Source: Patescibacteria group bacterium
GTDB lineage: Bacteria > Patescibacteriota > Minisyncoccia > Phycocordibacterales > JACZSL01
Direction of reading: 5' to 3'
NCBI GenBank assembly: GCA_022574205.1
Contig: JACZSL010000001.1
Span: 5,447 to 69,446, forward strand
DNA: 64,000 bases
In this document: positions 47,867-57,506 of the stretch, piece by piece
Position numbering within the stretch: position 1 is the stretch's first letter
Layout: each line of letters starts with the position of its first letter
The notes under the pieces: model-generated
What the model was told of the DNA's origin: nothing
Seen by the model: only the letters and a program-made list of their open reading frames with translations
Database searches by the model: none
Position numbers and translations under genes: made by a program

Positions 47867-49111
47867 GTGTCTTGGATACACAGTATGATTTGGGAAAAAC
47901 ATAACATAATTAACGTAATACTCTTTATTGATAACTACCCCATACCTAGTGGTGGTATGGAAATGCACGCACACGCATTTATGCAGCACTTCAAAAACCA
48001 CTCTCGTATTCGTATACAACACGTTATTGCATTCTCCAACAGTCCGCATGATGTACAGAATAATAAGGACGGAATTCTGGTATTACCAAAAAGTATCATA
48101 CACAACCCAAATGGTTTAATAACCGCTCTCAGGAAAGTAGGTATTAGTGATCATGGTGTATTCTTTTTTAATAGTCTCTACTGGATAGAAACACTTGCAG
48201 TACTAAAAAAAACATTTCCTGACACAGTGTACATACAACGATCTGGTGGTAACGATATCATGCAATCGCGTGTTCCCGCAGGCGGAAACACTCTCGCTGA
48301 AAGACAGAAGTTTGTCGTCTCAACACTTAATGCACATTTAGACACACTTATTATTAACAGCGAATATACACGCAGTCGTTTTAAGATACTGGGTATATGC
48401 GACGCATTGATGTATACAATTGTTGGCGGTGTTGATACAAAAATATTTCATCCTATAACAAAAGACCAACAAAGAATATTGCGGTTAAATATGCAATTAC
48501 CACTCGACAAAACGATAATACTAAGTGTGTGCAGAATGGTGTCCTTCAAGGGGTTGCCGTATCTAATATGTGCGATCGCAAAACTTGCCGCACGCAATAT
48601 ACACTATATTATTGTGGGTGATGGGCCAGAAAAACAACGAATACAAACACTAATTGACCAAAATGGGCTACAAGACTCAGTAACACTAGTCGGTGAAATA
48701 CCTATGCAAGACATTCATAAGTATTACAAAGCATCTGATATATATGCCCTAACACCAATCGAAGAATTAGTAATCATTAAAGAGGAATCATATATCCGCA
48801 CTGAGACTATGGGGAGAAGTTTCTGTGAAGCAATTGCCACCAACCTGCCAATAGTGGCGTCATTAGTGGGTGGAATACCCGAAGTTTTAAAAAAATATCC
48901 ACATGCCGTGCTTGTATCACAACAAAACACCGTTGCAACTACACATGCGATTATGACTAAACTTGAGCCGTGTTATCAATATATTAAATCTAATATTACA
49001 TTACCGAACACACACTCTTGGTATGCTATATTTAACACATATGAACAACTATTTACTACAACATCAGCGCATCGCCATACTTGCAGGACGAGACCCAGCA
49101 ATGAAACATGA
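47867..49111 (+). CDS. GT4 glycosyltransferase
   Basis: YP..SGGME.H, GGVDT..F, VCRMVSFKG, IVGDGPE, ETMGRSFCEA, VGGIPE. Confidence 0.9.
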   Translation: MSWIHSMIWEKHNIINVILFIDNYPIPSGGMEMHAHAFMQHFKNHSRIRIQHVIAFSNSPHDVQNNKDGILVLPKSIIHNPNGLITALRKVGISDHGVFFFNSLYWIETLAVLKKTFPDTVYIQRSGGNDIMQSRVPAGGNTLAERQKFVVSTLNAHLDTLIINSEYTRSRFKILGICDALMYTIVGGVDTKIFHPITKDQQRILRLNMQLPLDKTIILSVCRMVSFKGLPYLICAIAKLAARNIHYIIVGDGPEKQRIQTLIDQNGLQDSVTLVGEIPMQDIHKYYKASDIYALTPIEELVIIKEESYIRTETMGRSFCEAIATNLPIVASLVGGIPEVLKKYPHAVLVSQQNTVATTHAIMTKLEPCYQYIKSNITLPNTHSWYAIFNTYEQLFTTTSAHRHTCRTRPSNET

Positions 49112-50303
49112 TACAGACGGCGGATCGGTATATTTAGAGTACCTAGTAGAAACACTCACCAAGTGCGGCGCATATATAGATGTATATATACCGTCTGGTG
49201 TAAAAGGCGCTATTTATAACAAAGAAAGAGATTCTCAGCAAAAAAGTAGTACTGGTAGCAATATATGGGACAATGAAATCGTACGGGTAATCTATTTTCC
49301 AGTGGATCAATGTACGCGCAATGATGTAGATATAACAGAGGACTACTTCTGTGCGCGAATAGAGAAATCGAGTTACATAGCAAAATTTTTTGCAGACAGA
49401 AAACTATATTCGTACAATGCTGTATATATACTGCATATGGCAAATGCATTTGCTGTTATACAAGAACGATTAACTGATGTGGATAATACTGTGGTCTTCC
49501 CTATGATGACCAGTGTTCATTATGAAAAATTTTCGGAAGTACCAAAAGAATACATTGAGGCAGAACAATCTGTATTTGATTGTATTAAACACATATGCAG
49601 CCCTTCAGAAGATGAAATTTGTAACATACAAAAAAGGTTTAGTGTACCTAAGCACAAACTCTTCAAGGTACACAGAGGATTTTCGGACAATGATTTCCCA
49701 CCTCAAAAGCACTGTGTCACAAATACAAACATTATTACACTTTTTTCAGCAAATGGTATCCGCCCACAAAAAGATCATCTTTTCCTCATACCACTCGTTG
49801 TAGAGCTACTACGTCACAACCTACATGTACATGTACACCTAACCGGCAACAACGGACATAGCCACAACCCGGTTTATAATGCATACACAAAAAAGTTTTG
49901 GGGTGCTGTAAAAGATAGTGGTCTTACTAATCACTTTACTGCACATGGTGTTGTTAATCGCACAGAGCTAGTGCGTATCATGTCATCGTGTGACTATGCA
50001 ATCTATCCTTCTATATCAGAAACATTTGGAAAATCAGCGCTAGAAAGTGTAGTAAGTGGATTACCGACAGTTGTATTTGATGACGTACCTGCATTCGGTG
50101 AATTCATCATACATAATGATACTGGTATCATAACCCCTAGAGAACCAATTGCCTGCGTAAAGACAATTTTAGATATTCATAAAAATCCAAACTTGTATAA
50201 AAATATAAGAACACAAGGATTGAAGCTACGAGACACCTTTACATGGAATTCTATAATGCGCGATTTTATACAAAAACAACACTCTCGTTATATTCTTTAC
50301 TAA
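49041..50303 (+). CDS. GT4 glycosyltransferase
   Basis: DGGSVY, IRPQKDH, YPSISETFGKSALES..SGLP. Confidence 0.88.
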   Translation: MNNYLLQHQRIAILAGRDPAMKHDTDGGSVYLEYLVETLTKCGAYIDVYIPSGVKGAIYNKERDSQQKSSTGSNIWDNEIVRVIYFPVDQCTRNDVDITEDYFCARIEKSSYIAKFFADRKLYSYNAVYILHMANAFAVIQERLTDVDNTVVFPMMTSVHYEKFSEVPKEYIEAEQSVFDCIKHICSPSEDEICNIQKRFSVPKHKLFKVHRGFSDNDFPPQKHCVTNTNIITLFSANGIRPQKDHLFLIPLVVELLRHNLHVHVHLTGNNGHSHNPVYNAYTKKFWGAVKDSGLTNHFTAHGVVNRTELVRIMSSCDYAIYPSISETFGKSALESVVSGLPTVVFDDVPAFGEFIIHNDTGIITPREPIACVKTILDIHKNPNLYKNIRTQGLKLRDTFTWNSIMRDFIQKQHSRYILY

Positions 50304-50320
50304 TATAACAGCGATACAAT

Positions 50321-50371
50321 GACAAGATGTGTCCCAACCATAACTCGCATAAATTAAACAAGAACAAATAA
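50321..50371 (+). pseudogene. Third copy of topA 3' end (DKMCPNHNSHKLNKNK*)
   Basis: 10/12 aa match DKTCPNHNPHKL; followed by stop and hairpin GGCGCCACT-A-AGTGGCGTC. Confidence 0.8.
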
Positions 50372-50424
50372 AAAGGCGCCACTAAGTGGCGTCTCTATTG
50401 TGTTGTGCCGTGAAGAGCCGTTGG

Positions 50425-50646
50425 CTATGACCCAAAGCCTACTTCTTTCTGCAGATCATGCGAGCGCTGTCTCATTGCGTCAACTCCACGGCCACCTCCG
50501 TACTTCTGGACATGTCGGACAGCTACATCATACACACATGTGAACATGTTGTGTCCGGGTTCTAACTCTGAAAAACGCTCTGTACATCCAGGACAGCGAT
50601 TGACGTCGCAGTCATCCAAAAAAGCAGGCGTGTGGTCCGTTACCAT
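50425..50646 (-). CDS. Small Cys/His-containing hypothetical protein
   Basis: GAGGTG RBS before ATG 50646; C..CPGC..H..C. Confidence 0.5.
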   Translation of the reverse strand: MVTDHTPAFLDDCDVNRCPGCTERFSELEPGHNMFTCVYDVAVRHVQKYGGGRGVDAMRQRSHDLQKEVGFGS

Positions 50647-50694
50647 AATTAGCACCTCGTTGCATATTTACCAGTGAAAAGTATAATGATCATT

Positions 50695-52233
50695 ATGCTC
50701 AATGTCAAGGACATTATTTCACTTATGCCCAGCGTCCCGTCACAAGAAGGTGTCGAGCTTATTAAAAAGGCATATGCGTTTGCAGAAAATGCTCACCAAG
50801 AAGACGACAGGCTTTCCGGCGAAACTTACATGATACATCTTCAGTCCACAGCCGGAACACTTGCCGAACTTGGTCTCGGCCCGCGAGCTATTTCCGCAGG
50901 GCTCCTTCATGATGTGATTGAGGACGGAAGAGCTGATGAAAATACATTAAAAAAAGAGTTCGGAGAAGAAGTACTTTTTCTTGTTCAAGGTGTCACCAAG
51001 CTTGGTCATTTGAAGTACCGGGGTGTAGAGCGACATGTTGGAAGCCTGCAAAAATTATTTGTTGCGACTTCTCAAGATGTCAGAGTGCTTCTCATAAAAC
51101 TTGCAGATAGACTGCACAACATGAGAACTCTTGATGCGCAGCCAAAAGTAAAGCAGAAACGTATTGCTCTTGAGACACTCGAAATATATGTTCCTCTTGC
51201 CTATCGTCTTGGCGTACGCCGTATTAATCGTGAATTAGAAGATCTTTCTTTTATGTATATTTATCCTAAAGAGTATGCTGAAGTAAAGGAGATTCTCAAG
51301 CAGCGGGCGGCGGAAACAAACAAGCGTCTTGATAAACTTCGCAAATCGATTCGGAAAGCATTTGCAAAGGAAAATCTGGAAATTATTGAAACTTACTGCA
51401 GAATTAAGGGGCTGTTTAGCCTTTACAAAAAATTGCAGCGAAAGGATAAAGACATTGAAAAAGTTTATGACGTTGCTGCGCTTCGCATTATCGTTTCAAC
51501 GGTTAGTGACTGTTATAGTGCGCTCGGTATCATACACGGTATCTACAGGCCACTCACAGGCCGCATAAAAGACTATATTGCACTCCCCAAACCAAACGGT
51601 TACCAAAGTTTACATACAACTGTTTTTGCAGGAGATGGAAGTATTGCTGAAATACAAATCAGAACAGCGGAAATGCATAAACAAGCCGAGTTTGGTATCG
51701 CATCACATTTCACTTATAAACCTGGAGATACGAAAGGAATCTTTAACCAAAATTTTGATTGGCTTCGCCAACTACTCCCAAATGTAATGATGCCGACTAA
51801 TGTAAATGTCGATGGTTTTTTTAAGACAACGCCTAAGCAAGAAGACGTGAAATCCCCACGTTGGATTAAAGAACTTGCTCGTGAACAACAGGGTGCGTCT
51901 TTAGAGCCACAAGAATTTATTAAAATTTTAAAAGCCGATTTTTTCGACTATCGAATATTTGTCTTCACGCCAAAGGGTGACACAGTTGACCTACCCACTG
52001 GTTCGAGCCCTATTGATTTTGCATACGCTATTCACTCTTATATAGGAAATCATATTTCGGGTGCAAAAGTGAATGGTAAGCTTACCGCGCTCGATGCAGA
52101 ATTGGAAAATGGTGACATAGTTGAAATTCTTACAAAGGATAGTAGCCATCCGACTCAAAAGTGGATGGGCTTTGCAAAAACAACGCTTGCACGTCGTCAT
52201 ATTCGTACTGTTTTGCAGAAAAAGAAATCCTAA
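50695..52233 (+). CDS. rel: RelA/SpoT homologue (HD + synthetase + TGS, no ACT)
   Basis: LLHDVIED, IKLADRLHNMRTL, KDYIALPKPNGYQSLHT, EIQIRT, FVFTPKGD, DFAYAIH. Confidence 0.95.
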   Translation: MLNVKDIISLMPSVPSQEGVELIKKAYAFAENAHQEDDRLSGETYMIHLQSTAGTLAELGLGPRAISAGLLHDVIEDGRADENTLKKEFGEEVLFLVQGVTKLGHLKYRGVERHVGSLQKLFVATSQDVRVLLIKLADRLHNMRTLDAQPKVKQKRIALETLEIYVPLAYRLGVRRINRELEDLSFMYIYPKEYAEVKEILKQRAAETNKRLDKLRKSIRKAFAKENLEIIETYCRIKGLFSLYKKLQRKDKDIEKVYDVAALRIIVSTVSDCYSALGIIHGIYRPLTGRIKDYIALPKPNGYQSLHTTVFAGDGSIAEIQIRTAEMHKQAEFGIASHFTYKPGDTKGIFNQNFDWLRQLLPNVMMPTNVNVDGFFKTTPKQEDVKSPRWIKELAREQQGASLEPQEFIKILKADFFDYRIFVFTPKGDTVDLPTGSSPIDFAYAIHSYIGNHISGAKVNGKLTALDAELENGDIVEILTKDSSHPTQKWMGFAKTTLARRHIRTVLQKKKS

Positions 52234-53234
52234 ACGGAGAAGTTGCGTATGGAATACAAATCATCCGGGGTCTCCGTGCTCTTAGTGTCATCTTCTTGTT
52301 TATCTTCTGTGTGGGCATCTCTTTCTTCTGTTGAAGAGCTTTCGTTAAGTGTATCTTCGCCATCATTTATCTTCTCGGGTTCAGGCGCTCTTGATAGAAC
52401 CTGGGTGTCCCCAGAACGCAATATAGTTAACAGGTTTCTCAGATCGTCCTCCGAGAAATAGTCAATAACGATTTTTCCTCCAACTTCCCTGCTCTCTATC
52501 TGTACACGCGTACCAAGACTTTCCGTAAGTTTCTGCTCAAGTTCAATAATTTCTGGAGAGAATAACCGGCTTTTCTTTCGTACACGATCTCTGGCAATTC
52601 GTCTGGCAATAGCTTCAGCTTCGCGTACCGTTAGTTTTTTATACTGAATTTCCTTAAAGAGCGTCTCCTGTTCCTCCGGCCTATCTGAAAGCATCATGAT
52701 TGGACGCGAGTGGCCTTCTGTAATCTCACCGTTTGCAAGCGCTTGTTGCATGTGCTCCGGAAGAGTCAGTAGCCGCAGGCTATTTGTGACATACTCACGA
52801 CTTTTTCCTATTTTCTTTGCAATTTGAGTGTGTTTAAATTTAAATTTTATAACAAGTTGCGCAAACGCGTGTGCGCGATCAATTGGGTTTAAATCCTCAC
52901 GTTGAATGTTCTCGATAATCGCAAGTTCGAGCTTCATCTGATCGCTGTCGTCTCCTGTACGAATAATCAGAGGAACACGCTCGAGTCCGGCTATTTTTGA
53001 CGCTCTAAGACGCCGCTCACCAGCAATAAGTTCGTATTCAACAAACAACCCACCGTCTTCTTTAATAGTCTCTTTGCGAGTGGCAACTAGCGGTTGTAAA
53101 ATACCGTACTCTCGTATAGAATCGGCAAGATCAGCAAGTTTGTGCTCGCTGAACTGACGCCGTGGTTGAAATGGATTGGGTTTGATGCGGTCAACTTCCA
53201 CCCAAAAAACTGAATCTCCTTTTATAGATGACAT
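52230..53234 (-). CDS. parB: ParB/Spo0J partition protein
   Basis: PNPFQPR, GILQPL, LIAGERRLRA, ENIQREDLNPI, KSREYVTNSLRLL. Confidence 0.95.
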   Translation of the reverse strand: MSSIKGDSVFWVEVDRIKPNPFQPRRQFSEHKLADLADSIREYGILQPLVATRKETIKEDGGLFVEYELIAGERRLRASKIAGLERVPLIIRTGDDSDQMKLELAIIENIQREDLNPIDRAHAFAQLVIKFKFKHTQIAKKIGKSREYVTNSLRLLTLPEHMQQALANGEITEGHSRPIMMLSDRPEEQETLFKEIQYKKLTVREAEAIARRIARDRVRKKSRLFSPEIIELEQKLTESLGTRVQIESREVGGKIVIDYFSEDDLRNLLTILRSGDTQVLSRAPEPEKINDGEDTLNESSSTEERDAHTEDKQEDDTKSTETPDDLYSIRNFSV

Positions 53235-53424
53235 TTTTACTTTAATGTAGTAATTATATCACGAAAAAAAGTCGACTCAAATTGAAAAAAGGGTGGCTTT
53301 GTCGTAGAGTTATAGGATCCGGTTCACATATTGGGCGAGTGGCCAGGAGAATCTGATGGTATACGCGCAAAGCGGCATTGCTAAATTAAATACTTAGTTT
53401 AGAGTGGAATAGAATCGAATGTAT

Positions 53425-53506
53425 GCCGCGGTGGCGGAATTGGTATACGCGCACGACTCAAAATCGTGTGGAGCAATCCATGAGGGTTCGACCCCCTCCC
53501 GCGGCA
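53425..53506 (+). tRNA. tRNA-Leu (CAA)
   Basis: Acceptor GCCGCGG/CCGCGGC, anticodon arm CACGA-CTCAAAA-TCGTG, long variable arm, GGTTCGA T-loop; CCA not encoded. Confidence 0.95.
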
Positions 53507-53555
53507 CATAAAACACTAGGCCCTGGTGCAAGAGCACTGGGGTCTTCGTGTTTTA

Positions 53556-53706
53556 CCGTTGGGGATGGAGTTGAAAGGCGGAGACGGTACACAAGACGAG
53601 CGAAGCGAGGACTTGTCGCCGAGTCGTGGTTAAGAACGCTTAGTATTTTGCGAATGTTTGGAGCAAAATACTTAGTGATTTGTGACCAACTCCCTCCTCG
53701 CAAACA
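53556..53706. repeat. tRNA-adjacent structured element bracketed by degenerate tRNA 3'-end copies
   Basis: Starts with inverted T-arm-like GGGGATGGAGTTGAA; ends TGTGACCAACTCCCTCCTCGCA; related to 45866-45969. Confidence 0.6.
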
Positions 53707-53751
53707 AAAATAACAGCTGAGTACAAAATGTACTTGGCTGTGTTTTTTATA

Positions 53752-54294
53752 TTACTTATTTCTTAAGTAATCCAGCATTGTATCAACATCGCTTATCTCA
53801 AACGGATCGGTTGGGCAATCATTTTGGAAACCTGGTTCGATAAATATTTTTTCTATTTTTCCATCGTCTACAAACATGCTGTAACGCCAACTTCTCTCAC
53901 CAAATCCAAGATCATCCTTTTTAACAGCCATGTCCATTGCCCGAGCGAAATTTCCTGAGCCGTCTGGAAGCAACTTAACATTTTTAATGTTCTGGTCTTT
54001 ACCCCACTGGTACATTACAAAAGCATCGTTTACAGAAATACAATATACTTCGTCAACTCCAAGAGCTATTAGCTCATCATATTTTTTTTCATACCCAGGT
54101 AAATGTGTTGAACTACACGTTGGCGTAAACGCACCGGGTAAAGAAAATACAACAATCTTTTTTCCTCTAAATAAATCCTCTGTCATAACATCCTCCCAAC
54201 GAAATGGGTTATCGCCTGGCACCGATTCGTCGCGGACACGAGTTTTCAATGTTACATTAGGTACTCGGGTGGGGGTTTTTGGTTCTTGTGTCAT
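53752..54294 (-). CDS. Peroxiredoxin (Prx5/type II)
   Basis: FSLPGAFTPTCSSTHLPGY, CISVNDAFVM, FGERSWRYSM. Confidence 0.95.
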   Translation of the reverse strand: MTQEPKTPTRVPNVTLKTRVRDESVPGDNPFRWEDVMTEDLFRGKKIVVFSLPGAFTPTCSSTHLPGYEKKYDELIALGVDEVYCISVNDAFVMYQWGKDQNIKNVKLLPDGSGNFARAMDMAVKKDDLGFGERSWRYSMFVDDGKIEKIFIEPGFQNDCPTDPFEISDVDTMLDYLRNK

Positions 54295-54344
54295 ATTTAC
54301 TTTTGAGTTTATAGTTATATGGTGGCATTGTATCACATATTATT

Positions 54345-55244
54345 ATGAGTAATAAAAAACAAAAGATTTTGGTAGTCGTAGGTCCAACAGCTTCTGGAAA
54401 AACAAGACTTTCTATAAGTTTGGCGAAAAAATTTAATGGGGAGATCATTTCCGCTGATTCAAGGCAGGTGTATAAAGGTCTCAACATTGGAACAGAAAAA
54501 GCATCAAATAAAGAAATGCAGGGTATCCCCCATCACTTAATAGATGTGTGTGATCCATCTGATACTTTTACGGTTCGTGATTTTAAGAAACATGCTAAAG
54601 ATGCTATTCGTGAAATTGCTTCGCACAGCAAACTTCCAATAGTGACCGGTGGCTCAGGATTTTATATAGATGCTCTTTTGTACAAAATAGATTTTCCGGA
54701 AGTGCTACCAAACAAGAGTTTGCGTAAAGAGCTAGAACATAAGTCAAAGGATGAGCTGTTCACCGTATTAGAGGAAAAGGATCCAGAGAGGGCGAAGACT
54801 ATAGATCCACACAATAAAAGACGTCTTATTCGTGCGCTTGAAATAATAGAAAAGCTAGGGAGCGTCCCGGAGATTGGTGTAAGAGAGGGTGTATACGACA
54901 CGCTTATAATAGGCATCAAAACCAGTGATCATAAACTAAAAGAAAAAATTGAGGAGAGGTTTGGAGAAACTATGGAAAAAGGTCTGATAAATGAAATAAT
55001 GTTACTACGAAACAACGGAATTTCAGATGAGCGGATCAATGAATTTGGACTTGAGTATAGAGTTGGTTTGGAGTTTTTAAATGATGATATATCTGAAGTT
55101 GATATGAGAGAGAGGATTATTGGCGAGTTGTGGAAGTACGTGAAGCGACAAAAAACGTGGTTTAAGAGAAACAAAGATATACTGTGGTTTGAGATTGATA
55201 ATATCGAGGAAATTGAAAAAGAAATCAACAATTTTTTAAACTAA
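54345..55244 (+). CDS. miaA: tRNA dimethylallyltransferase
   Basis: GPTASGKT, IISADSRQVYKGLNIGT.K, PHHLID, GGSGFY, KRQKTWF. Confidence 0.97.
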   Translation: MSNKKQKILVVVGPTASGKTRLSISLAKKFNGEIISADSRQVYKGLNIGTEKASNKEMQGIPHHLIDVCDPSDTFTVRDFKKHAKDAIREIASHSKLPIVTGGSGFYIDALLYKIDFPEVLPNKSLRKELEHKSKDELFTVLEEKDPERAKTIDPHNKRRLIRALEIIEKLGSVPEIGVREGVYDTLIIGIKTSDHKLKEKIEERFGETMEKGLINEIMLLRNNGISDERINEFGLEYRVGLEFLNDDISEVDMRERIIGELWKYVKRQKTWFKRNKDILWFEIDNIEEIEKEINNFLN

Positions 55245-55353
55245 ACTCAACACGCCAGCTGCGATCGAGCGTAGTGGGTACTTCTTTCGAACCCTCGTGG
55301 GCTAACGCGTGGTTACAAAAAAGGCCATGAAAAACATGGCTTTTTTGTTACTG

Positions 55354-55425
55354 CGGGTCCACCAGGACTTGAACCTGGGACGGTGGTTTTGGAGACCACT
55401 GTTTTACCAACTAAACTATGGACCC
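55354..55425 (-). tRNA. tRNA-Trp (CCA)
   Basis: Acceptor GGGTCCA/TGGACCC, anticodon arm GTGGT-CTCCAAA-ACCAC, GGTTCAA T-loop; downstream of rpmG. Confidence 0.95.
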
Positions 55426-55497
55426 AAAAATCTCTGAGAGAGATTTTTTGACCATTGTGGGAGACTTTTACAAATCATACCACAAACTCTAAGTGGC

Positions 55498-55656
55498 TTA
55501 TTTTTTGACTTCCGTATGAAGTAAGTGCTTTCTGTCCCACTTACAATACTTCTTGAGCTCGATTTTACGCGTAACCTGTTTACGATTTTTTCTGGTCCAG
55601 TAGTTAATCCGATTACATTTACTACAAGCTAGTTTTATTAATTTATCTTGTGACAT
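55498..55656 (-). CDS. rpmG: 50S ribosomal protein L33
   Basis: Manually translated MSQDKLIKLACSKCNRINYWTRKNRKQVTRKIELKKYCKWDRKHLLHTEVKK. Confidence 0.95.
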   Translation of the reverse strand: MSQDKLIKLACSKCNRINYWTRKNRKQVTRKIELKKYCKWDRKHLLHTEVKK

Positions 55657-55719
55657 AATTTCCGTGTCTATGTTTAGTAGACGCCATTATAGAGTATGTT
55701 TGGAGAGTAGTCAAATTAT

Positions 55720-56823
55720 CTACCCTCCAATAATTCTTAAAATATCGTTGTAGGAAATGAGTAAAATGAGAAGTATTAAGAGTATGAAAAAGATGTTGTG
55801 AAGTGAATTTATTACATTTGGTTGAAGTGGTGAACCTTTTACAACTTCTATAAGTAGAAACAATAAACGTCCCCCATCAAGTGCTGGAATTGGAAGAATA
55901 TTTATAACTGCTAGATTTATTGAAATGATTGCTGTAAAGAATAGGAGGGAGACTATACCAAGTTCTGCTGCATCCCCCACGACGCTTACAATGCCAATTG
56001 GCCCAGCAATATCCGAAAGATCTGCAGACAATGTAAATGCGCCTACTATGAGAGCACCGATGGCTACAGCTACGGTTTTAGTAATTTGATACGTTATTTT
56101 TCCTCCTTCCCACAGTGCAATGTGTACAGGGTATTTAAGATCTCCAATGAGGGCCATTGATATGCCAATGGCTCTACGATCCGGGTCACCGCTAATCAGG
56201 CCTAATTCAGGCATAATTCGCAAGGTTACCTCCTCGTCTGCGCGCATAAGAACAAGCTCTATGTCACCGCTACCCCCTACAATGTACGTAACAATTTTAT
56301 CTATGCCATTCAGAGGATCGATTTTATTTCCATCAAGTGAAATTATGCGGTCGTCCGATAAAATTCCTGCTATAGCTCCCGGAGAGCCTTCTAATGTCTC
56401 CATAATTACTACCTCAACGTTTTTGCTGTACTTGAGATCAGTATCGGAAACTACGGTTGTTACTCCAATCAAAAATATAACGGCAAATATAAACCAAGCA
56501 AAAATCAGATTAAAGACTACACCAGCAACCAACACTAAGGCCTGAATAATCTTTGGTTTGTTTACAAAACTCCTCTCGCTATCAGGTCCCGATATTGATT
56601 CTTCATTTGGATTCTCACCAAAAATTTTTACAAATCCACCGAGCGGAATCCAGTTTAGCGTATATTCTGTCCCATTTTTCCTTCCTAACGTTAAAATTTT
56701 TGGTGGAAAACCAATGCCAAACTCATCTACCCGAATACCGTTTTTTTTGGCAACAATAAAATGCCCAAATTCATGAACAAGTATTAAAATCACGAGTATG
56801 ACAAGGAAAATAATGACTGACAT
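55720..56823 (-). CDS. rseP: RIP metalloprotease RseP
   Basis: HEFGH, FGIGFPP, IPLGGFVK, PDZ, NILPIPALDGG. Confidence 0.95.
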   Translation of the reverse strand: MSVIIFLVILVILILVHEFGHFIVAKKNGIRVDEFGIGFPPKILTLGRKNGTEYTLNWIPLGGFVKIFGENPNEESISGPDSERSFVNKPKIIQALVLVAGVVFNLIFAWFIFAVIFLIGVTTVVSDTDLKYSKNVEVVIMETLEGSPGAIAGILSDDRIISLDGNKIDPLNGIDKIVTYIVGGSGDIELVLMRADEEVTLRIMPELGLISGDPDRRAIGISMALIGDLKYPVHIALWEGGKITYQITKTVAVAIGALIVGAFTLSADLSDIAGPIGIVSVVGDAAELGIVSLLFFTAIISINLAVINILPIPALDGGRLLFLLIEVVKGSPLQPNVINSLHNIFFILLILLILLISYNDILRIIGG

Positions 56824-56825
56824 AT

Positions 56826-57380
56826 TTACGTGTTTAGGATCTCCTGTTCTTTCTTTGCAAGATGCGAGTCAAGAAGATTGTTGCCTGTTGTCACAATCTT
56901 CTCCATTTCCTCCTTATATCGAAACTTGTCGTCTTCGCTTATTTCACCATCTTTCTCTTGGCTTTGAATATCATTCCAAACAGCATCACGCTCTGCGCGG
57001 AGTGACACGTGAGCCTGCTCGCATTTGTTTTTTATTACTTTTGCGAGTGCTGTTCTGTTTTCACTTGTAAGCTCAGGAAAAAAGACCCTAACACCTTTAT
57101 CGTCTAAAGAGACTGACAGACCAAGGTTTGAGGAGACAATTGCTTTCTCAAGTGCTTTAGATTGTGTTGGGTCGTACGGAACGACTCGTAAGGTTCTGGC
57201 GTCTTCGGTTGATACACTGGCAACTTGGCTTATTGGAACAGATATTCCATATGAATCGACACGTAGTGAGTCTAAAACTTGTGGTGTTGCTCTTCCGATA
57301 CGAATATTAAAATATTCTTTTTTAAGCCACTCCTTTATATCATCCACTTTTTTATTCAGATGTGAAAAATCGTATGTCAT
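56826..57380 (-). CDS. frr: Ribosome recycling factor
   Basis: IRIGRATP..LD, V.SYG, PELTSENR, ISEDDK. Confidence 0.95.
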   Translation of the reverse strand: MTYDFSHLNKKVDDIKEWLKKEYFNIRIGRATPQVLDSLRVDSYGISVPISQVASVSTEDARTLRVVPYDPTQSKALEKAIVSSNLGLSVSLDDKGVRVFFPELTSENRTALAKVIKNKCEQAHVSLRAERDAVWNDIQSQEKDGEISEDDKFRYKEEMEKIVTTGNNLLDSHLAKKEQEILNT

Positions 57381-57481
57381 CCCATTATAGAGTTGTTCCT
57401 TTAAAATATTTCATTAGATTATGTTTGTTCCGTTTGGTCACACATACCTGTTTTGCGGACTAATCGTAACTCCTAATGGGA
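57380..57481. mobile_element. Non-coding relative of the GIY-YIG element abutting frr start codon
   Basis: TCCCATTA / TAATGGGA inverted ends; terminal base is the A of frr ATG; no target duplication visible. Confidence 0.55.
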
Positions 57482-57506
57482 CAGGTATTGCTATCTTAAC
57501 AGAAAA

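Noticed and set aside
53423-53713. 96-aa ORF
   Set aside because: Overlies tRNA-Leu and the adjacent repeat
55250-55312. Possible SRP RNA on minus strand (TTC-GAAA-GAA hairpin)
   Set aside because: Lacks the CAGG/AGCA symmetric loop of helix 8; cannot be supported without an Rfam search
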